This document shows, piece by piece, positions 9,904 to 20,233 of a DNA stretch of 60,162 bases. The stretch covers positions 1-60,162 of the forward strand of contig JAYVPF010000186.1 in assembly GCA_043757535.1 (NCBI GenBank). The letters are read 5' to 3'. Origin of the DNA: Burkholderiales bacterium. Its GTDB lineage: Bacteria > Pseudomonadota > Gammaproteobacteria > Burkholderiales > Casimicrobiaceae. Position numbers and translations under genes: made by a program. Positions within the stretch are counted from its first letter, which is position 1, and each line of letters begins with the position of its first letter. A model generated the notes under the pieces. It was not told the DNA's origin. It worked only from the letters and a program-made list of their open reading frames with translations, and made no database searches.

Positions 9904-10403
9904 CGATCCTCGTTCCGTGGTGCCAGATGGTCGTGAATCTTCCCGCCATGCCCCTGGTCATCGTGTGAGTGATGCACATGACTCTGGCCGTACGCACCGC
10001 TCTCGGGCTGAAAGCCGCGCTGCACGTCGGTCACCGTGCCGCCAAGGCCTTCGACCATCGCCCGCAAGACGTGATCGGGCAGCATCAGCAGATATTCATC
10101 TTCAACTTGCAGCGGCACATGGCGATTGCCGACGTGATAGGCGATACGCGCGAGTTGCGCCGCGCTTTTCGCGCGTACTTCGTGCAGTGATTCGTTCGCG
10201 GCGATCACCTCAACGATACGACCATCGGCGAGCGCCAGCTTGTCGCCATGCGAAAGCATCGTGCCAATTTTTAGCTGAATGCCAATTTCTTCTGCATTCG
10301 CCATCGTCGCACGCAGGCGAGACTTTTCACGTTGATCGAACGTGAGTTCAACCGATTCAATTGCCTGGACTTCGCGCGGGACTAAATGAGTAGCAATTTG
10401 CAT
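9900..10403 (-). CDS. ureE: urease nickel chaperone
   Basis: AYHVGNRHVP, FQPESGAY, His-rich tail. Confidence 0.95.
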   Translation of the reverse strand: MQIATHLVPREVQAIESVELTFDQREKSRLRATMANAEEIGIQLKIGTMLSHGDKLALADGRIVEVIAANESLHEVRAKSAAQLARIAYHVGNRHVPLQVEDEYLLMLPDHVLRAMVEGLGGTVTDVQRGFQPESGAYGQSHVHHSHDDQGHGGKIHDHLAPRNEDR

Positions 10404-10442
10404 GAGGGAAAGGATTGCTGTGAAGGGGCGTTGGTTTTGGTT

Positions 10443-10551
10443 CCTTCCCCTTCAAGGGGGAGGTTAGGAGGGGGATGGGTTGAACGGGAACATCGACTAT
10501 CAATCGGCTTGAACCCATCCCCACCCTAGCCCTCCCCTTGAAGGGGAGGGA
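10443..10551. repeat. CCCTCTCCC-family palindromic repeat doublet between ureC and ureE
   Basis: CCTTCCCCTTCAAGGGGGAGGTTAGGAGGGGGATGGGTT ... AACCCATCCCCACCCTAGCCCTCCCCTTGAAGGGGAGGG. Confidence 0.85.
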
Positions 10552-10558
10552 ATTAAAA

Positions 10559-12358
10559 CTAGAACAAGAAATATCGTTGCGCCATCGGCAACACTTCGGC
10601 TGGCTCACAGATGAGCAATTCCCCGTCCGCATGCACCTCATAGGTTTCAGTGTCGATCTCCATGTGCGGCATGTAACCATTCAGCACCATGTGCTGCTTT
10701 CGCACTCTGCGAATGCCCTTTACCGGCGCCACAATTTTCTGCAAACCATACTTTTTCGCGATGCCGAGCTCATACGCCGCATTCGAAACAAACGTAATCG
10801 ACGATGATTTCAGGGCACCACCAAACGCGCCAAACATCGGTCGACCATGCACAGGTTGCGGCGTCGGAATCGACGCGTTGGCGTCGCCCATCAGCGCCCA
10901 CGCGATCTGCCCACCCTTCAAAATCAGCGAGGGCTTCACGCCGAAAAACGCCGGTCGCCAAATGACGATATCGGCCCATTTGCCTTCTTCGAGCGAGCCC
11001 ACTTCGTGCGATACGCCGTTAGCAATCGCCGGATTGATCGTGTACTTCGCAATGTAGCGGAGAGCGCGAAAATTGTCGTTTCTTGAGTGGGCCCGGACGG
11101 CATCTGTGTACGGCTGTGAGGGCTTCTTTTTTGCAGACTTAGCGTAAGCGGTGACACCCTCTCCCCAACCCTCCCCCCCGGGGGGAGGGGGCAGATGGCC
11201 ACGCTGGGCTTTCATCTTCTGCGCGGTCTGCCAAGTACGCGTAATGACCTCGCCCACACGACCCATCGCCTGCGAGTCGGACGACATCATCGAGATCGCG
11301 CCTAGGTCATGCAGGATGTCCTCCGCAGCAATCGTTTCGCGACGAATGCGCGATTCCGCGAACGCAAGATCCTCAGCAATCGCCGGGTCGAGGTGGTGGC
11401 ACACCATCAGCATGTCAAGATGTTCGTCAATCGTGTTCACCGTGTACGGCATCGTCGGGTTGGTCGAAGCGGGCAGGAAGTTATCGGTGCCGATCACTTT
11501 CAGAATGTCTGGCGCGTGACCGCCACCCGCGCCTTCGGTGTGGAACGCGCAGAGTCCGCGACCTTTGGTTGCGGCAATCGTGTCCTCAACAAAACCGGAC
11601 TCGTTTAACGTGTCGGAGTGAATCGACACCTGCACGTCGTACTTGTCGGCGACGTTCAAACAGTTGTTGATTGCGGCGGGCGTGGTGCCCCAGTCTTCAT
11701 GCAGCTTGAGGCCAATCGCACCCGCTTCGATCTGCTCAGCAATCGGTTTCGGCTGACTGATGTTGCCCTTTCCGAGCAAACCAAAATTCATCGGGAACGC
11801 ATCGAGCGAGCGCAACATTTCGCGCATGTGGAAAATGCCCGGCGTCACCGTCGTCGCGCTCGTTCCTGCTGCAGGCCCTGTGCCGCCGCCGAGCATGGTG
11901 GTCACGCCGCTTGCAAGTGCTTCTTCAATCTGCTGCGGGCAGATGAAATGAATGTGTGCGTCGATGCCGCCCGCTGTGACGATCATGCCCTCGCCCGCGA
12001 TAACCTCCGTTGCGCCGCCAATCGGCACCGTGACGTTCGGCTGAATGTCAGGATTTCCTGCTTTACCGATCTTCCATACGCGACCGTTTTTGAGCCCGAT
12101 GTCGGCCTTGATGATGCCCAACTTCGCGTCAATGATGAGCGCGTTAGTGATAAGCGTGTCGGCGACTTTGGAAGCAGGCAATTGCGATTGCCCCATGCCG
12201 TCGCGAATGACTTTGCCACCACCGAATTTGACCTCTTCACCGTAGGTCGTGAGGTCCGTTTCAACTTCGATGAAAAGATCAGTGTCGGCGAGGCGAACGC
12301 GGTCGCCCGTGGTGGGGCCGAACATTTCTGCATAAGCGCGGCGGGAGAGTGTGCTCAT
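10559..12358 (-). CDS. ureC: urease subunit alpha (with ~30 aa repeat-derived insertion)
   Basis: [53 protein letters not shown]. Confidence 0.97.
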   Translation of the reverse strand: MSTLSRRAYAEMFGPTTGDRVRLADTDLFIEVETDLTTYGEEVKFGGGKVIRDGMGQSQLPASKVADTLITNALIIDAKLGIIKADIGLKNGRVWKIGKAGNPDIQPNVTVPIGGATEVIAGEGMIVTAGGIDAHIHFICPQQIEEALASGVTTMLGGGTGPAAGTSATTVTPGIFHMREMLRSLDAFPMNFGLLGKGNISQPKPIAEQIEAGAIGLKLHEDWGTTPAAINNCLNVADKYDVQVSIHSDTLNESGFVEDTIAATKGRGLCAFHTEGAGGGHAPDILKVIGTDNFLPASTNPTMPYTVNTIDEHLDMLMVCHHLDPAIAEDLAFAESRIRRETIAAEDILHDLGAISMMSSDSQAMGRVGEVITRTWQTAQKMKAQRGHLPPPPGGEGWGEGVTAYAKSAKKKPSQPYTDAVRAHSRNDNFRALRYIAKYTINPAIANGVSHEVGSLEEGKWADIVIWRPAFFGVKPSLILKGGQIAWALMGDANASIPTPQPVHGRPMFGAFGGALKSSSITFVSNAAYELGIAKKYGLQKIVAPVKGIRRVRKQHMVLNGYMPHMEIDTETYEVHADGELLICEPAEVLPMAQRYFLF

Positions 12359-12705
12359 CGTTTTGCCTTCGTGCTGGCGGGCTTTTTTGTCGCTGCTTTC
12401 GACAACTCACCCATCACTTTTCCCTGAAAACCAAACACCGTCTTGCTACCTGCAAGCTCGACCAATTCAATCGTGCGTGACTGCCCCGGCTCAAAGCGAA
12501 CCGCCGTTCCCGCCGCGATATTCAAGCGCATGCCGCGCGCGATCTTGCGATCAAAATCAAGCGCATTATTGGTCTCAAAAAAGTGGTAGTGCGAGCCCAC
12601 CTGAATCGGGCGATCACCCGTGTTCGACACCGCAATTTTTTGCGTCTTGCGTTTGACGTTGAGTTCGATGTCGCCATCGAGCGTGAAGATTTCGCCGGGG
12701 ATCAT
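12355..12705 (-). CDS. ureB: urease subunit beta
   Basis: [31 protein letters not shown]. Confidence 0.96.
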   Translation of the reverse strand: MIPGEIFTLDGDIELNVKRKTQKIAVSNTGDRPIQVGSHYHFFETNNALDFDRKIARGMRLNIAAGTAVRFEPGQSRTIELVELAGSKTVFGFQGKVMGELSKAATKKPASTKAKR

Positions 12706-12717
12706 GGAGCGTCCTTT

Positions 12718-12817
12718 TTGTCATTCTGAGCGGCGCGAAGAATCAGCCTGCCTATGCAATAGTTCGATTGAAGAAGCCGGTAAGCCACCTGATGTTTCGT
12801 TGCACTCAACATGACAA
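12718..12817. repeat. GTCAT...ATGAC-type palindromic repeat doublet between ureA and ureB
   Basis: TTGTCATTCTGAGCGGCGCGAAGAATC ... GATGTTTCGTTGCACTCAACATGACAA; similar element at 30400-30506. Confidence 0.7.
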
Positions 12818-13120
12818 CTACTGAATCGGGTTATGAACGGTGACCAGCTTCGTTCCATCAGGAAACGTCGCCTCCACCTGAATGTCCGGGATCATCTCGG
12901 GCACGCCCTCCATCACATCGTCGCGTCCAAGGATCGTGGTGCCGAAGCTCATGAGTTCAGCCACCGTGCGGCCATCGCGCGCACCCTCAAGAATCGCCGC
13001 CGCGATCAGCGCGACTGACTCAGGGTGATTCAATTTCAGCCCTCGCGCGCGGCGTCGCTCCGCCACCAGTCCGGCGGTGAAGATGAGCATCTTGTCTTTT
13101 TCGCGTGGGCTCAGATCCAT
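12818..13120 (-). CDS. ureA: urease subunit gamma
   Basis: [38 protein letters not shown]; 100 aa. Confidence 0.96.
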   Translation of the reverse strand: MDLSPREKDKMLIFTAGLVAERRRARGLKLNHPESVALIAAAILEGARDGRTVAELMSFGTTILGRDDVMEGVPEMIPDIQVEATFPDGTKLVTVHNPIQ

Positions 13121-13137
13121 AAGTTTCCCATGAAGTT

Positions 13138-14154
13138 TTAAGTGCTCCAGATGCGTGGCAGTTCGGGCTTTCGACCGAACACCTGCATCCGTATTTTGCT
13201 CCACACGGCAATCAGCAAGTTGCGTACCGCCTCAGGTGCATCGCCGATGACTTTGACAACGACCAACCCTGGCTCAGGCGAAGATGCAGCGGCGAACGGG
13301 TGCTCGCCCAACGTCGCGCGAACATCCACCATTAATTCGTCTGCGTTTAACGCGCCATTCGGGAACGCCACCCACGCGGTTGCCATCACGGGCATGCCGC
13401 GCAAGCCCAGCGGAGAGTTCAGCAACGGGTCATCGCCAACAATCACCATCGACTCGCGCCACAACGGTGCGTCCGTCCCAGCTCGCACCAATCGAATGCG
13501 CTGGCGAAAATCCCCGGTCGTGAAGCGCTCACCGCGCGTCGTGCGACCCAGACAAAGCATTTCCCAACCGAAAAAGCGTGCTTCGGGCGCAAGCGCGATC
13601 TCAAGCGATTGCTGCGCCAACGTGCCGTCAAAAACAATCGTTTCCTGCGGCATCCATTCGAGTGCGCCTCCGTCGGCAACATGCAATCGCGTCACCGCGC
13701 TCGCCTGTTTCCCAGTGGAGCGATACCACTTTTGTGCGCCCGGCGTGGTGATCACCGCGTTTGCGTCTTGATCAACCCGCACGTCAATTGCCAGACTGTC
13801 GCCCGCCACAATCCCGCCCGGCGGATGCACGATCACACCGTGACAAATGTCATGGCCTTCCGGATAGAGTGGCTTCAGGATTCGCAGCGGGCCGAAGTGA
13901 TTGCGCTCGGTCATTACAGTGCGCTTCACGCCTGATACTTCACGCGGCTCGAATCGAAGGTTTAATCGAGCAGACCAACCGGGTTCGGGTTCGGGTTCGG
14001 GTTCGGGTTCGGGTTCGAGCCCCTCCTCCCCGGTGCGGGAGGGGTTGGGGAGAGGGGGATGCTCGCTGGAACGAACACGCTTCGCGCCACCGTCCCCCTC
14101 TCCCCCAGCCCCTCTCCCTCCGGGGGAGAGGGGAGCTTCGGCTAATCCGCTCAT
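13138..14154 (-). CDS. ureD: urease accessory protein with repeat-derived N-terminal extension
   Basis: [56 protein letters not shown]; ATG overlaps upstream stop (TAATG). Confidence 0.92.
   Translation of the reverse strand: MSGLAEAPLSPGGRGAGGEGDGGAKRVRSSEHPPLPNPSRTGEEGLEPEPEPEPEPEPGWSARLNLRFEPREVSGVKRTVMTERNHFGPLRILKPLYPEGHDICHGVIVHPPGGIVAGDSLAIDVRVDQDANAVITTPGAQKWYRSTGKQASAVTRLHVADGGALEWMPQETIVFDGTLAQQSLEIALAPEARFFGWEMLCLGRTTRGERFTTGDFRQRIRLVRAGTDAPLWRESMVIVGDDPLLNSPLGLRGMPVMATAWVAFPNGALNADELMVDVRATLGEHPFAAASSPEPGLVVVKVIGDAPEAVRNLLIAVWSKIRMQVFGRKPELPRIWST
13981..14016. repeat. (GGGTTC)6 hexamer tandem repeat encoding (EP)6 in UreD
   Basis: Read directly from the sequence. Confidence 0.95.
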
Positions 14155-15320
14155 TAAGTCGCCCGCCGATTCAAAACCAGCATCGCCACCACGCCTGCCA
14201 CCAGTCCCCAAAATGCGCTGCCAATACCCAACATGGACACCCCCGATGCCGTCACCAAAAACGTGATGATCGCGGCCTCACGATTTTTCTCCTCGCTGAC
14301 GGCGGCAGCCAGTCCATTGCCAATGGTGCCCAGCAGCGCGAGCCCCGCCAATGCCACAATCAATTCACGCGGAAACGCGGCGAATAGGCCACCCACAATC
14401 GCGCCGAAAAGCCCAATCAGGCAATAAAAAACGCCCGCCATCACCGCTGCGGTGTAGCGCTTGTCTTTGTCCTCATGCGCCTCGCCCCCCATCGCCATCG
14501 CAGCCGTGATCGCGGCGAGATTGAGCGCAAACGCACCAAATGGCGCAAAGACTAGATTAATGACACCGGTGGTCGTGATGACGGGCGAGATCGGCGTGTC
14601 GTAGCCCGCGCCGCGCATCACGGCCACACCGGGCATGTTCTGCGACGCCATGGTCACCAGAAAAAGCGGCAGCGCGAGCCCGACGATGGCATGAACCGAA
14701 AACTCAGGTGTCACCCAAACCGGTGTCGCCCATTCCACCGTCACCGCAGACCACTTCAACGCGTCCGCATTCGCAGCAAAGACGAGGCCCACAGCGAGCA
14801 CACCCACCACGCCATAACGTGGCCAGAAACGTCGCCCAAGCAGATGCAGCGCAAACATCGAAAGCACCATCGCCGGTGCCGTTTTGATCGAACTGAACGC
14901 TTCAAGCCCGAACCGCAGCAACACGCCCGCGAGCATCGCGGACGCGATGGCAACGGGAATGCGATTCATCATGCGTTCGAACAATTTCGACGCGCCTGCG
15001 ATGATGATAAGCACCGCGCAAACTACGAATGCGCCGACCGCTTCCGGCATCGTCACCCCCGCCGCACTCGTCGCGATCAGCGCGGCACCGGGTGTTGACC
15101 ACGCGGCGACGACGGGCTTTTTATAAACGAGCGACGGAATGATCGATGCGAGGCCCATGCCGAGTCCCAGCGCCCACATCCACGAATTGATTTGCGCCTG
15201 AGTCGCGCCGAGCGAAAGCGCTGCCTGAAACACCAGCGCACCCGTGCTGGTGAACCCGACTAGAACGACAACAAAACCAGTAACGACGGCAGAGACAGAC
15301 AGATCGCGGAAGAAAGACAT
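14154..15320 (-). CDS. benE: BenE/YdcO family benzoate/H+ symporter-like transporter
   Basis: PVVAAWSTPGAAL, PLFLVTMASQNMPG, NLAAITAA, GIGSAFWG; start MSFFRDLS. Confidence 0.9.
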   Translation of the reverse strand: MSFFRDLSVSAVVTGFVVVLVGFTSTGALVFQAALSLGATQAQINSWMWALGLGMGLASIIPSLVYKKPVVAAWSTPGAALIATSAAGVTMPEAVGAFVVCAVLIIIAGASKLFERMMNRIPVAIASAMLAGVLLRFGLEAFSSIKTAPAMVLSMFALHLLGRRFWPRYGVVGVLAVGLVFAANADALKWSAVTVEWATPVWVTPEFSVHAIVGLALPLFLVTMASQNMPGVAVMRGAGYDTPISPVITTTGVINLVFAPFGAFALNLAAITAAMAMGGEAHEDKDKRYTAAVMAGVFYCLIGLFGAIVGGLFAAFPRELIVALAGLALLGTIGNGLAAAVSEEKNREAAIITFLVTASGVSMLGIGSAFWGLVAGVVAMLVLNRRAT

Positions 15321-15477
15321 GGCGCAGGCAAACGAAAGGTAACAATCATTGTTGCAGAGCGAGGGCGTGGCGGTCGTTCCCCTTGGGTCAGCGGCACCCG
15401 TACTGACGGCATTTGGCAAATTCGCAGTTTTTAGTGACAATGTGCATTCTCCTCCACTCATTGACCGAGAGTTCCCC

Positions 15478-15780
15478 ATGTTGAACGTTGCAATCCTCGC
15501 CCGCGTCGAAGCCAAGCCGGGCAAAGAAGCTGACGTTGAAGCCTTCCTCAAAAGCGCGCTGGCGCTTGCCAACGCCGAGCCCGACACAGCGGTCTGGTTC
15601 GCGATCAAAATGGGGCCATCGACGTTTGGCATCTTCGATGCGTTCGCCGACGCCGAAGGCCGCACAGCGCACCTGAACGGGCCTATTGCCGCCGCGCTCA
15701 TGGCAAACGCAGCTGAGCTTTTGTCGCAGCCACCGACGATTGAAATGGTGGATATTTTGGCCGTGAAAATGCCTGCTTAA
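15478..15780 (+). CDS. antibiotic biosynthesis monooxygenase (ABM) family protein
   Basis: LARVEAKPGKE, WFAIKMGPSTFGIFDAF, AHLNGPIAAAL. Confidence 0.85.
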   Translation: MLNVAILARVEAKPGKEADVEAFLKSALALANAEPDTAVWFAIKMGPSTFGIFDAFADAEGRTAHLNGPIAAALMANAAELLSQPPTIEMVDILAVKMPA

Positions 15781-15798
15781 GCGCAGTCCTTTGATCAA

Positions 15799-15914
15799 CA
15801 GCTTTTATCTGAAGTTAGCTTTTTACAGGGGTTAGACGCTCATTACCGCATTTATCGACTTATGGGTAAAATCACGTCCAGCCCCCGGTTAGTTGTCGTT
15901 TCACAAAAAAGCTG
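15799..15914. repeat. 116-bp dyad element, copy C
   Basis: CAGCTTTT...GGGGTTA-N20-TCGA(15855-15858)-N20-CAGCCCC...AAAAGCTG. Confidence 0.9.
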
Positions 15915-16024
15915 TACCAAAAAGTTAGTTCGTAGGGTTCGCACTACTCATTCCCCTATCGCCAACTTTGCCACGCCACAGGCGGTGCGTTCTTGGGCGC
16001 AAAGGCTACCCAGTTCGCCGCTAG

Positions 16025-17167
16025 CTAGTGCAAGTGCGCTGCACTCAGTGCCTTATCAGCCGCGCCTTCCAGCGCATCAGCCCGAAATAGCATCGGCAAT
16101 TTGCTGTCGCTATCGATATCGGGAAAAACATCGGCCAGCACGGTCACCGATTCCACGTTGCATTCGCGCAGCAGATCCTGCATCAGCACCGCCACGTCCT
16201 GCGCACGGTCGGACGCCTCAAGTTCAGCGCGAAAGCCTTCAGCCCCTTTTTCGTCGAACGGGTTGGATAGCGAAAGTCGCACTTCGCCGCCGTCGGTCGT
16301 CTGATGCGCTGAAATCACCGCCTCCGGGTCGCCGACGGTTGAGCGAAATTTGCGAATGGCGTTGGTCGCGAAAAGTTGCAGCGAGACTTCACGTTGCGCC
16401 GCCCTGCCCTGCATCAACGCCGCCAGTGGCACGCGCGGTGGACGTGGCATGGCGAGCAGCGATAGCGTGCCACCACCCAATTGCTTGGCTATCGCCTGCG
16501 TGAACGGCATGCCCCATTTGCCGGCGTCGTTCGCCGTCAGCAAGTCCACGCCGGGGCCCGCGAGTGCGGTGCCCACGAGGAAGCGCAGAAACACCCTTTC
16601 CTGATTGGCGGGCACGGGCAAGGACGCTTTTTCGATAGCAATGGGCGTGCCGGACGCTGCAGACCACCAGCCCAGACTGGCAGGCAATTTTTCGAGAGCG
16701 AATGCGCTGGCTGGTGCCAGCGCGTTCGACAGCACAAAGTTTTCGTTGCCACGCAATGCGCCGTTTGCTTTCATGAGCGAGCTAATTTCGTCGATATTCG
16801 GCAGCGCACCGGGCACATTGACCGGCCCACTGTTCGCCGCGACGATCACCACAGGAACGGCGAAGACGGTCGCAGGCAGTGCCGCATCGCCTCGCGCTTG
16901 GCCCGCGTCAACGTGGGCACTCGCCAGCATGCGCGTGATGTGACGCAGCACGGCGTGCGATGGCGCACCAGCGAGGCTGTCGGTAATCGCGGCAACGTCG
17001 CCAGACGTCAGCAGCGCAGCAAGCCGCACTCGCAGTTCCTTACCGCGTTTTTCCTGAATGACACCCAGCTCTGCCGCGAGCGAGGCCAGCGCCAAATCGA
17101 TCAGAGGATCAGGTTGCGATTCGTCGTAAATCGGGAACGCGCGCGGGTCGGGGAGATGAAACTGCAT
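16025..17167 (-). CDS. hypothetical protein
   Basis: 380-aa ORF with protein-like composition filling the gap between neighbours; no family recognised with confidence. Confidence 0.75.
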   Translation of the reverse strand: MQFHLPDPRAFPIYDESQPDPLIDLALASLAAELGVIQEKRGKELRVRLAALLTSGDVAAITDSLAGAPSHAVLRHITRMLASAHVDAGQARGDAALPATVFAVPVVIVAANSGPVNVPGALPNIDEISSLMKANGALRGNENFVLSNALAPASAFALEKLPASLGWWSAASGTPIAIEKASLPVPANQERVFLRFLVGTALAGPGVDLLTANDAGKWGMPFTQAIAKQLGGGTLSLLAMPRPPRVPLAALMQGRAAQREVSLQLFATNAIRKFRSTVGDPEAVISAHQTTDGGEVRLSLSNPFDEKGAEGFRAELEASDRAQDVAVLMQDLLRECNVESVTVLADVFPDIDSDSKLPMLFRADALEGAADKALSAAHLH

Positions 17168-17176
17168 GCGGCGATT

Positions 17177-17234
17177 GTAGGAGCGGCGAGCGTCGCGGTG
17201 GTAGCTACCGAGGCCCGCGCCCCACGACTCCTAC
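17177..17234. repeat. degenerate GTAG-type REP doublet
   Basis: GTAGGAGCGGCGAGCG ... CCACGACTCCTAC. Confidence 0.6.
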
Positions 17235-17350
17235 CTGCGCGGGTAGGACACACAACCACCGAAACACGATATGGTGATGCCGATGTGCCGAGAGTCGCCA
17301 CCCAGGCGTCAGCAGGTGCAATGGCCCGCACAACTATTCCGGAGAATCTC

Positions 17351-19159
17351 ATGAAATCGTTTCTAAAATTATGGGCACCGATACTCGCACTGCCTGCGAC
17401 GCTCTGTGTCATGCATGCACCGGTGCAAGCCCAATCAAGCGCAGTGAGCGTCGTTGAATACTACGCCAAAACGCTCGATGCGTACTTCATCACCGGTCGT
17501 GCCGCCGAGCAGGCCGTCCTCGACAGCGTTGGCGCGTTCGAGCGAACGGGCATGACCTTCTCGGCCGTAGCAGCGAGCGCGGCAACGACCAATCAGACGC
17601 GGGTCTGCCGCTTCTACGTCAGTCAGGCCTCGCCCTACGTCAGCTCGCATTTCTACGGCAGTCAAACCAGTCAATCGCAAACCGGTGATTGCGAGTGGCT
17701 GCGCGCCAATGCCCCGAAAACGTTTACCTTTGAAGGCTACGACTTTGCCACCGAGCCCAGTGCTGCCAGCAACGCCTGCGCCTCGGGCACCAGCCCCGTA
17801 TTTCGCGGCTTTCGCGCGCTGGCCACACCCGCTGACGGCAAGACTTCGAATCACCGCTACACCACCAGCCTGTTGCGCTACGATCAAGCGGCGACCAAGG
17901 GCTACGTCGGCGAGGGGCCGCAGCTGTGTGCGACCGCGACAATCGATGTGCCCGGCGCAGTGATCGTGAGCAATCCGCCGATTGCCACTACGAGCTTGAC
18001 GTTCCTGTCGCTGGCCGATACCGCGCCGAATGGGACGGCGCGCGACTGGTTTTACCAAGCAAACCTGGCAACGGCTGCGGAAAATGTTCCCGATCTGAAC
18101 GGTCGCCTTCTGTATCGCGCGGTGCGCCGCGAAAAAGTGGGCACGGCCACTCACGAATGGGTCATCAACTCCAACTATGACCGTCGCGACGACATGTACT
18201 GGAGCGGCAGCAAATGGACTGGCTGCGTATTTGGCGATCAGGGCAGCAACAGTGCGAGGAACACGGAGGGCGTTGGCAACTTCATCAATTGCAACAATAT
18301 CTCTGCGGGTGACACCCGGCGCATTGACGTGGACATCAGCGGTAGTCTTATCAAGGATGTCGTCGCCACCATCCGCGCCTTCCCCGGCGACACGACGTAC
18401 GCAGGCTGGGGGCCCGACCCCAGAACGCTCAGCGCGACAGCCACCTTCCCCACGGGTTCGCGACTGGCCTACCAAACCAACACCGACACATTGAATCAAA
18501 TCGGCTACGACGTTCGTACTAGCAATCAAGCAAACGTCTTTGCGGCAGCCTTCGCTGCGGGTGGCAATGGTAGTGATGCAAGCGTTCCTTGCGCCGCAGC
18601 GGGCATCACAACGTTTGTGGCGACCGGCTTTGCCGACTTTATCAACACCTACAAAGGCACGCCTTGCACCTACACCTCAGCTTTCACGACAGCGGCCAAC
18701 AGCGGTGGTGTCACCTTCAGCAGTGGATTGCCTAACGAGTGGTGGTCGCAAAGCACCCTTTCTGTCGGAACCATTGGCACTGCACCGTCAGGCGTGGCTG
18801 CGGCGAGCGCCACTGCGTACTACACCACGAATCAGTACATTCGTTTCGCCTTTGACGGCACCGCCACCGGTGTCAACTACTTCAACTGCAAGCAGCGCCA
18901 AAGCGACGGCAGCGTCCGCAACTGCGTGAAAATCGGCAGCGGCACTTACAAAATAAGCACCCTGGGTGACGCTCGGGAGATGGAGTTAACCAACGAACCC
19001 GATCTCGGTCTCACCTACAACCGCATCATGATCGAGCGCGGCGGTAAGGTGTACTTCGGCTTTCGTAGCAAACTGGGAGTCTCGCAATCAGCCCGACTGA
19101 ATCTGCCCGCAGCCAACGCACTGTTTAGCCTGATTGGTATTCCAGCGATCACACCGTAG
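17351..19159 (+). CDS. secreted protein, N-terminal DUF5648-like domain plus uncharacterised Cys/Thr-rich domain
   Basis: GGAGA RBS, signal peptide, VVEYY...YFIT...VCRFY...SHFY...SNHRYTT motif set. Confidence 0.8.
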   Translation: MKSFLKLWAPILALPATLCVMHAPVQAQSSAVSVVEYYAKTLDAYFITGRAAEQAVLDSVGAFERTGMTFSAVAASAATTNQTRVCRFYVSQASPYVSSHFYGSQTSQSQTGDCEWLRANAPKTFTFEGYDFATEPSAASNACASGTSPVFRGFRALATPADGKTSNHRYTTSLLRYDQAATKGYVGEGPQLCATATIDVPGAVIVSNPPIATTSLTFLSLADTAPNGTARDWFYQANLATAAENVPDLNGRLLYRAVRREKVGTATHEWVINSNYDRRDDMYWSGSKWTGCVFGDQGSNSARNTEGVGNFINCNNISAGDTRRIDVDISGSLIKDVVATIRAFPGDTTYAGWGPDPRTLSATATFPTGSRLAYQTNTDTLNQIGYDVRTSNQANVFAAAFAAGGNGSDASVPCAAAGITTFVATGFADFINTYKGTPCTYTSAFTTAANSGGVTFSSGLPNEWWSQSTLSVGTIGTAPSGVAAASATAYYTTNQYIRFAFDGTATGVNYFNCKQRQSDGSVRNCVKIGSGTYKISTLGDAREMELTNEPDLGLTYNRIMIERGGKVYFGFRSKLGVSQSARLNLPAANALFSLIGIPAITP

Positions 19160-19187
19160 CGGCACCGACCAATCTCCCTCAGAGACT

Positions 19188-19214
19188 TGGGGCGCATCGC
19201 GCCCCATTTTTTTT
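19188..19214 (+). terminator. rho-independent terminator
   Basis: TGGGGCGC-ATC-GCGCCCCA hairpin followed by T8. Confidence 0.85.
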
Positions 19215-19215
19215 A

Positions 19216-19290
19216 AGGCGCGACCCCAGTCGCGCTAGGTGCCGAACCGATTGCACCGCCAAGGCCAGGCGCGACCGGGGTCGCGCCTAC
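19216..19290. repeat. REP-like doublet
   Basis: AGGCGCGACCCCAGTCGCGC ... GCGCGACCGGGGTCGCGCCTAC. Confidence 0.7.
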
Positions 19291-19301
19291 CAGCCTCGTC
19301 C

Positions 19302-20159
19302 TTAATCGCCGTCTGTAGCAAATGCGACCAGCCGGCTCATCACGCGCGCAAGAGATACCTTCAACACAGCGTAATTCGCATTTCGTTCCCGCGTCGCCTC
19401 GTTCATATAGAGCTTGCGATTGAGTTCAATCTGGATGCTGTGGCGATGCTCTTGAGGGAGTCCAAATCGCTTGACCAGTTCAACGCCTTTGTATGGGTCA
19501 TTAATCGCCACGCTCAAACCCTCTGCACGAAAAGCTGCGGCGAGCAGCGCCGTCATCTCCGGTGCACAGGTGCTGCCATCACGATCGCCAAGCACAACGT
19601 CGGCGAACGGCGTGCCCGTCTTGACCCAGGAAACCGTTCCGGCGACGGCGGGCATTGAGTGGCAGTTGACGTGCGCCATGCGGCCATGCGCGGCATGTGC
19701 AGCTTCGATGGCATGGGTGACGGCCACCCAGTATGTTGAATAGCAGCGCTCAATCCGCCGCGACACCTCGGCCACACTTAGTTTCCGCGCATAAATCGGC
19801 GAATTGTCATCGAGCACGCGCCAGATCAGACCAATGCCCGACTTGGTCTTCGGAGACAGGTTGACGGGGCCTAGCCATTGGCCGTCGATCATGCTGGTGT
19901 CGATATCTTCCACACGACGATTCGGATCAAGATAACTGCGTGGAAATTCAGCACAGACCAGCGTCGCACCGAGCGCTGGGGCGAAGCTGTAGAGGTCATC
20001 AACATCGGTGTCCTCCGCCTTGCGCAAATGCTGAAACTCGCAGGCGTAAGCAAAGTCGGCCGGGTAATGTCGTCCGCTGTGCGGAGAGTCGAAAACGAGG
20101 GGAATTGCCGCCACGCCGGACGGTGGAGACGCAACGCGAACAGGGGTGAAATCTTGCAT
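19302..20159 (-). CDS. N-formylglutamate amidohydrolase family protein
   Basis: [44 protein letters not shown]. Confidence 0.9.
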   Translation of the reverse strand: MQDFTPVRVASPPSGVAAIPLVFDSPHSGRHYPADFAYACEFQHLRKAEDTDVDDLYSFAPALGATLVCAEFPRSYLDPNRRVEDIDTSMIDGQWLGPVNLSPKTKSGIGLIWRVLDDNSPIYARKLSVAEVSRRIERCYSTYWVAVTHAIEAAHAAHGRMAHVNCHSMPAVAGTVSWVKTGTPFADVVLGDRDGSTCAPEMTALLAAAFRAEGLSVAINDPYKGVELVKRFGLPQEHRHSIQIELNRKLYMNEATRERNANYAVLKVSLARVMSRLVAFATDGD

Positions 20160-20233
20160 ACCGTGAGAATAGGCGAAAATTAGCGGCTATGCAGCGGCTC
20201 TCGTCGCGCGTCACCTTTACCGTTTCGAAAAAA

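Noticed and set aside
15321-15701. 515-aa version of the BenE ORF
   Set aside because: The extension overlaps the opposite-strand ABM gene; the family N-terminus starts at 15320.
16481-17350. 892-aa version of the secreted protein
   Set aside because: The extension is the antisense shadow of 16025-17167; RBS and signal peptide mark 17351.
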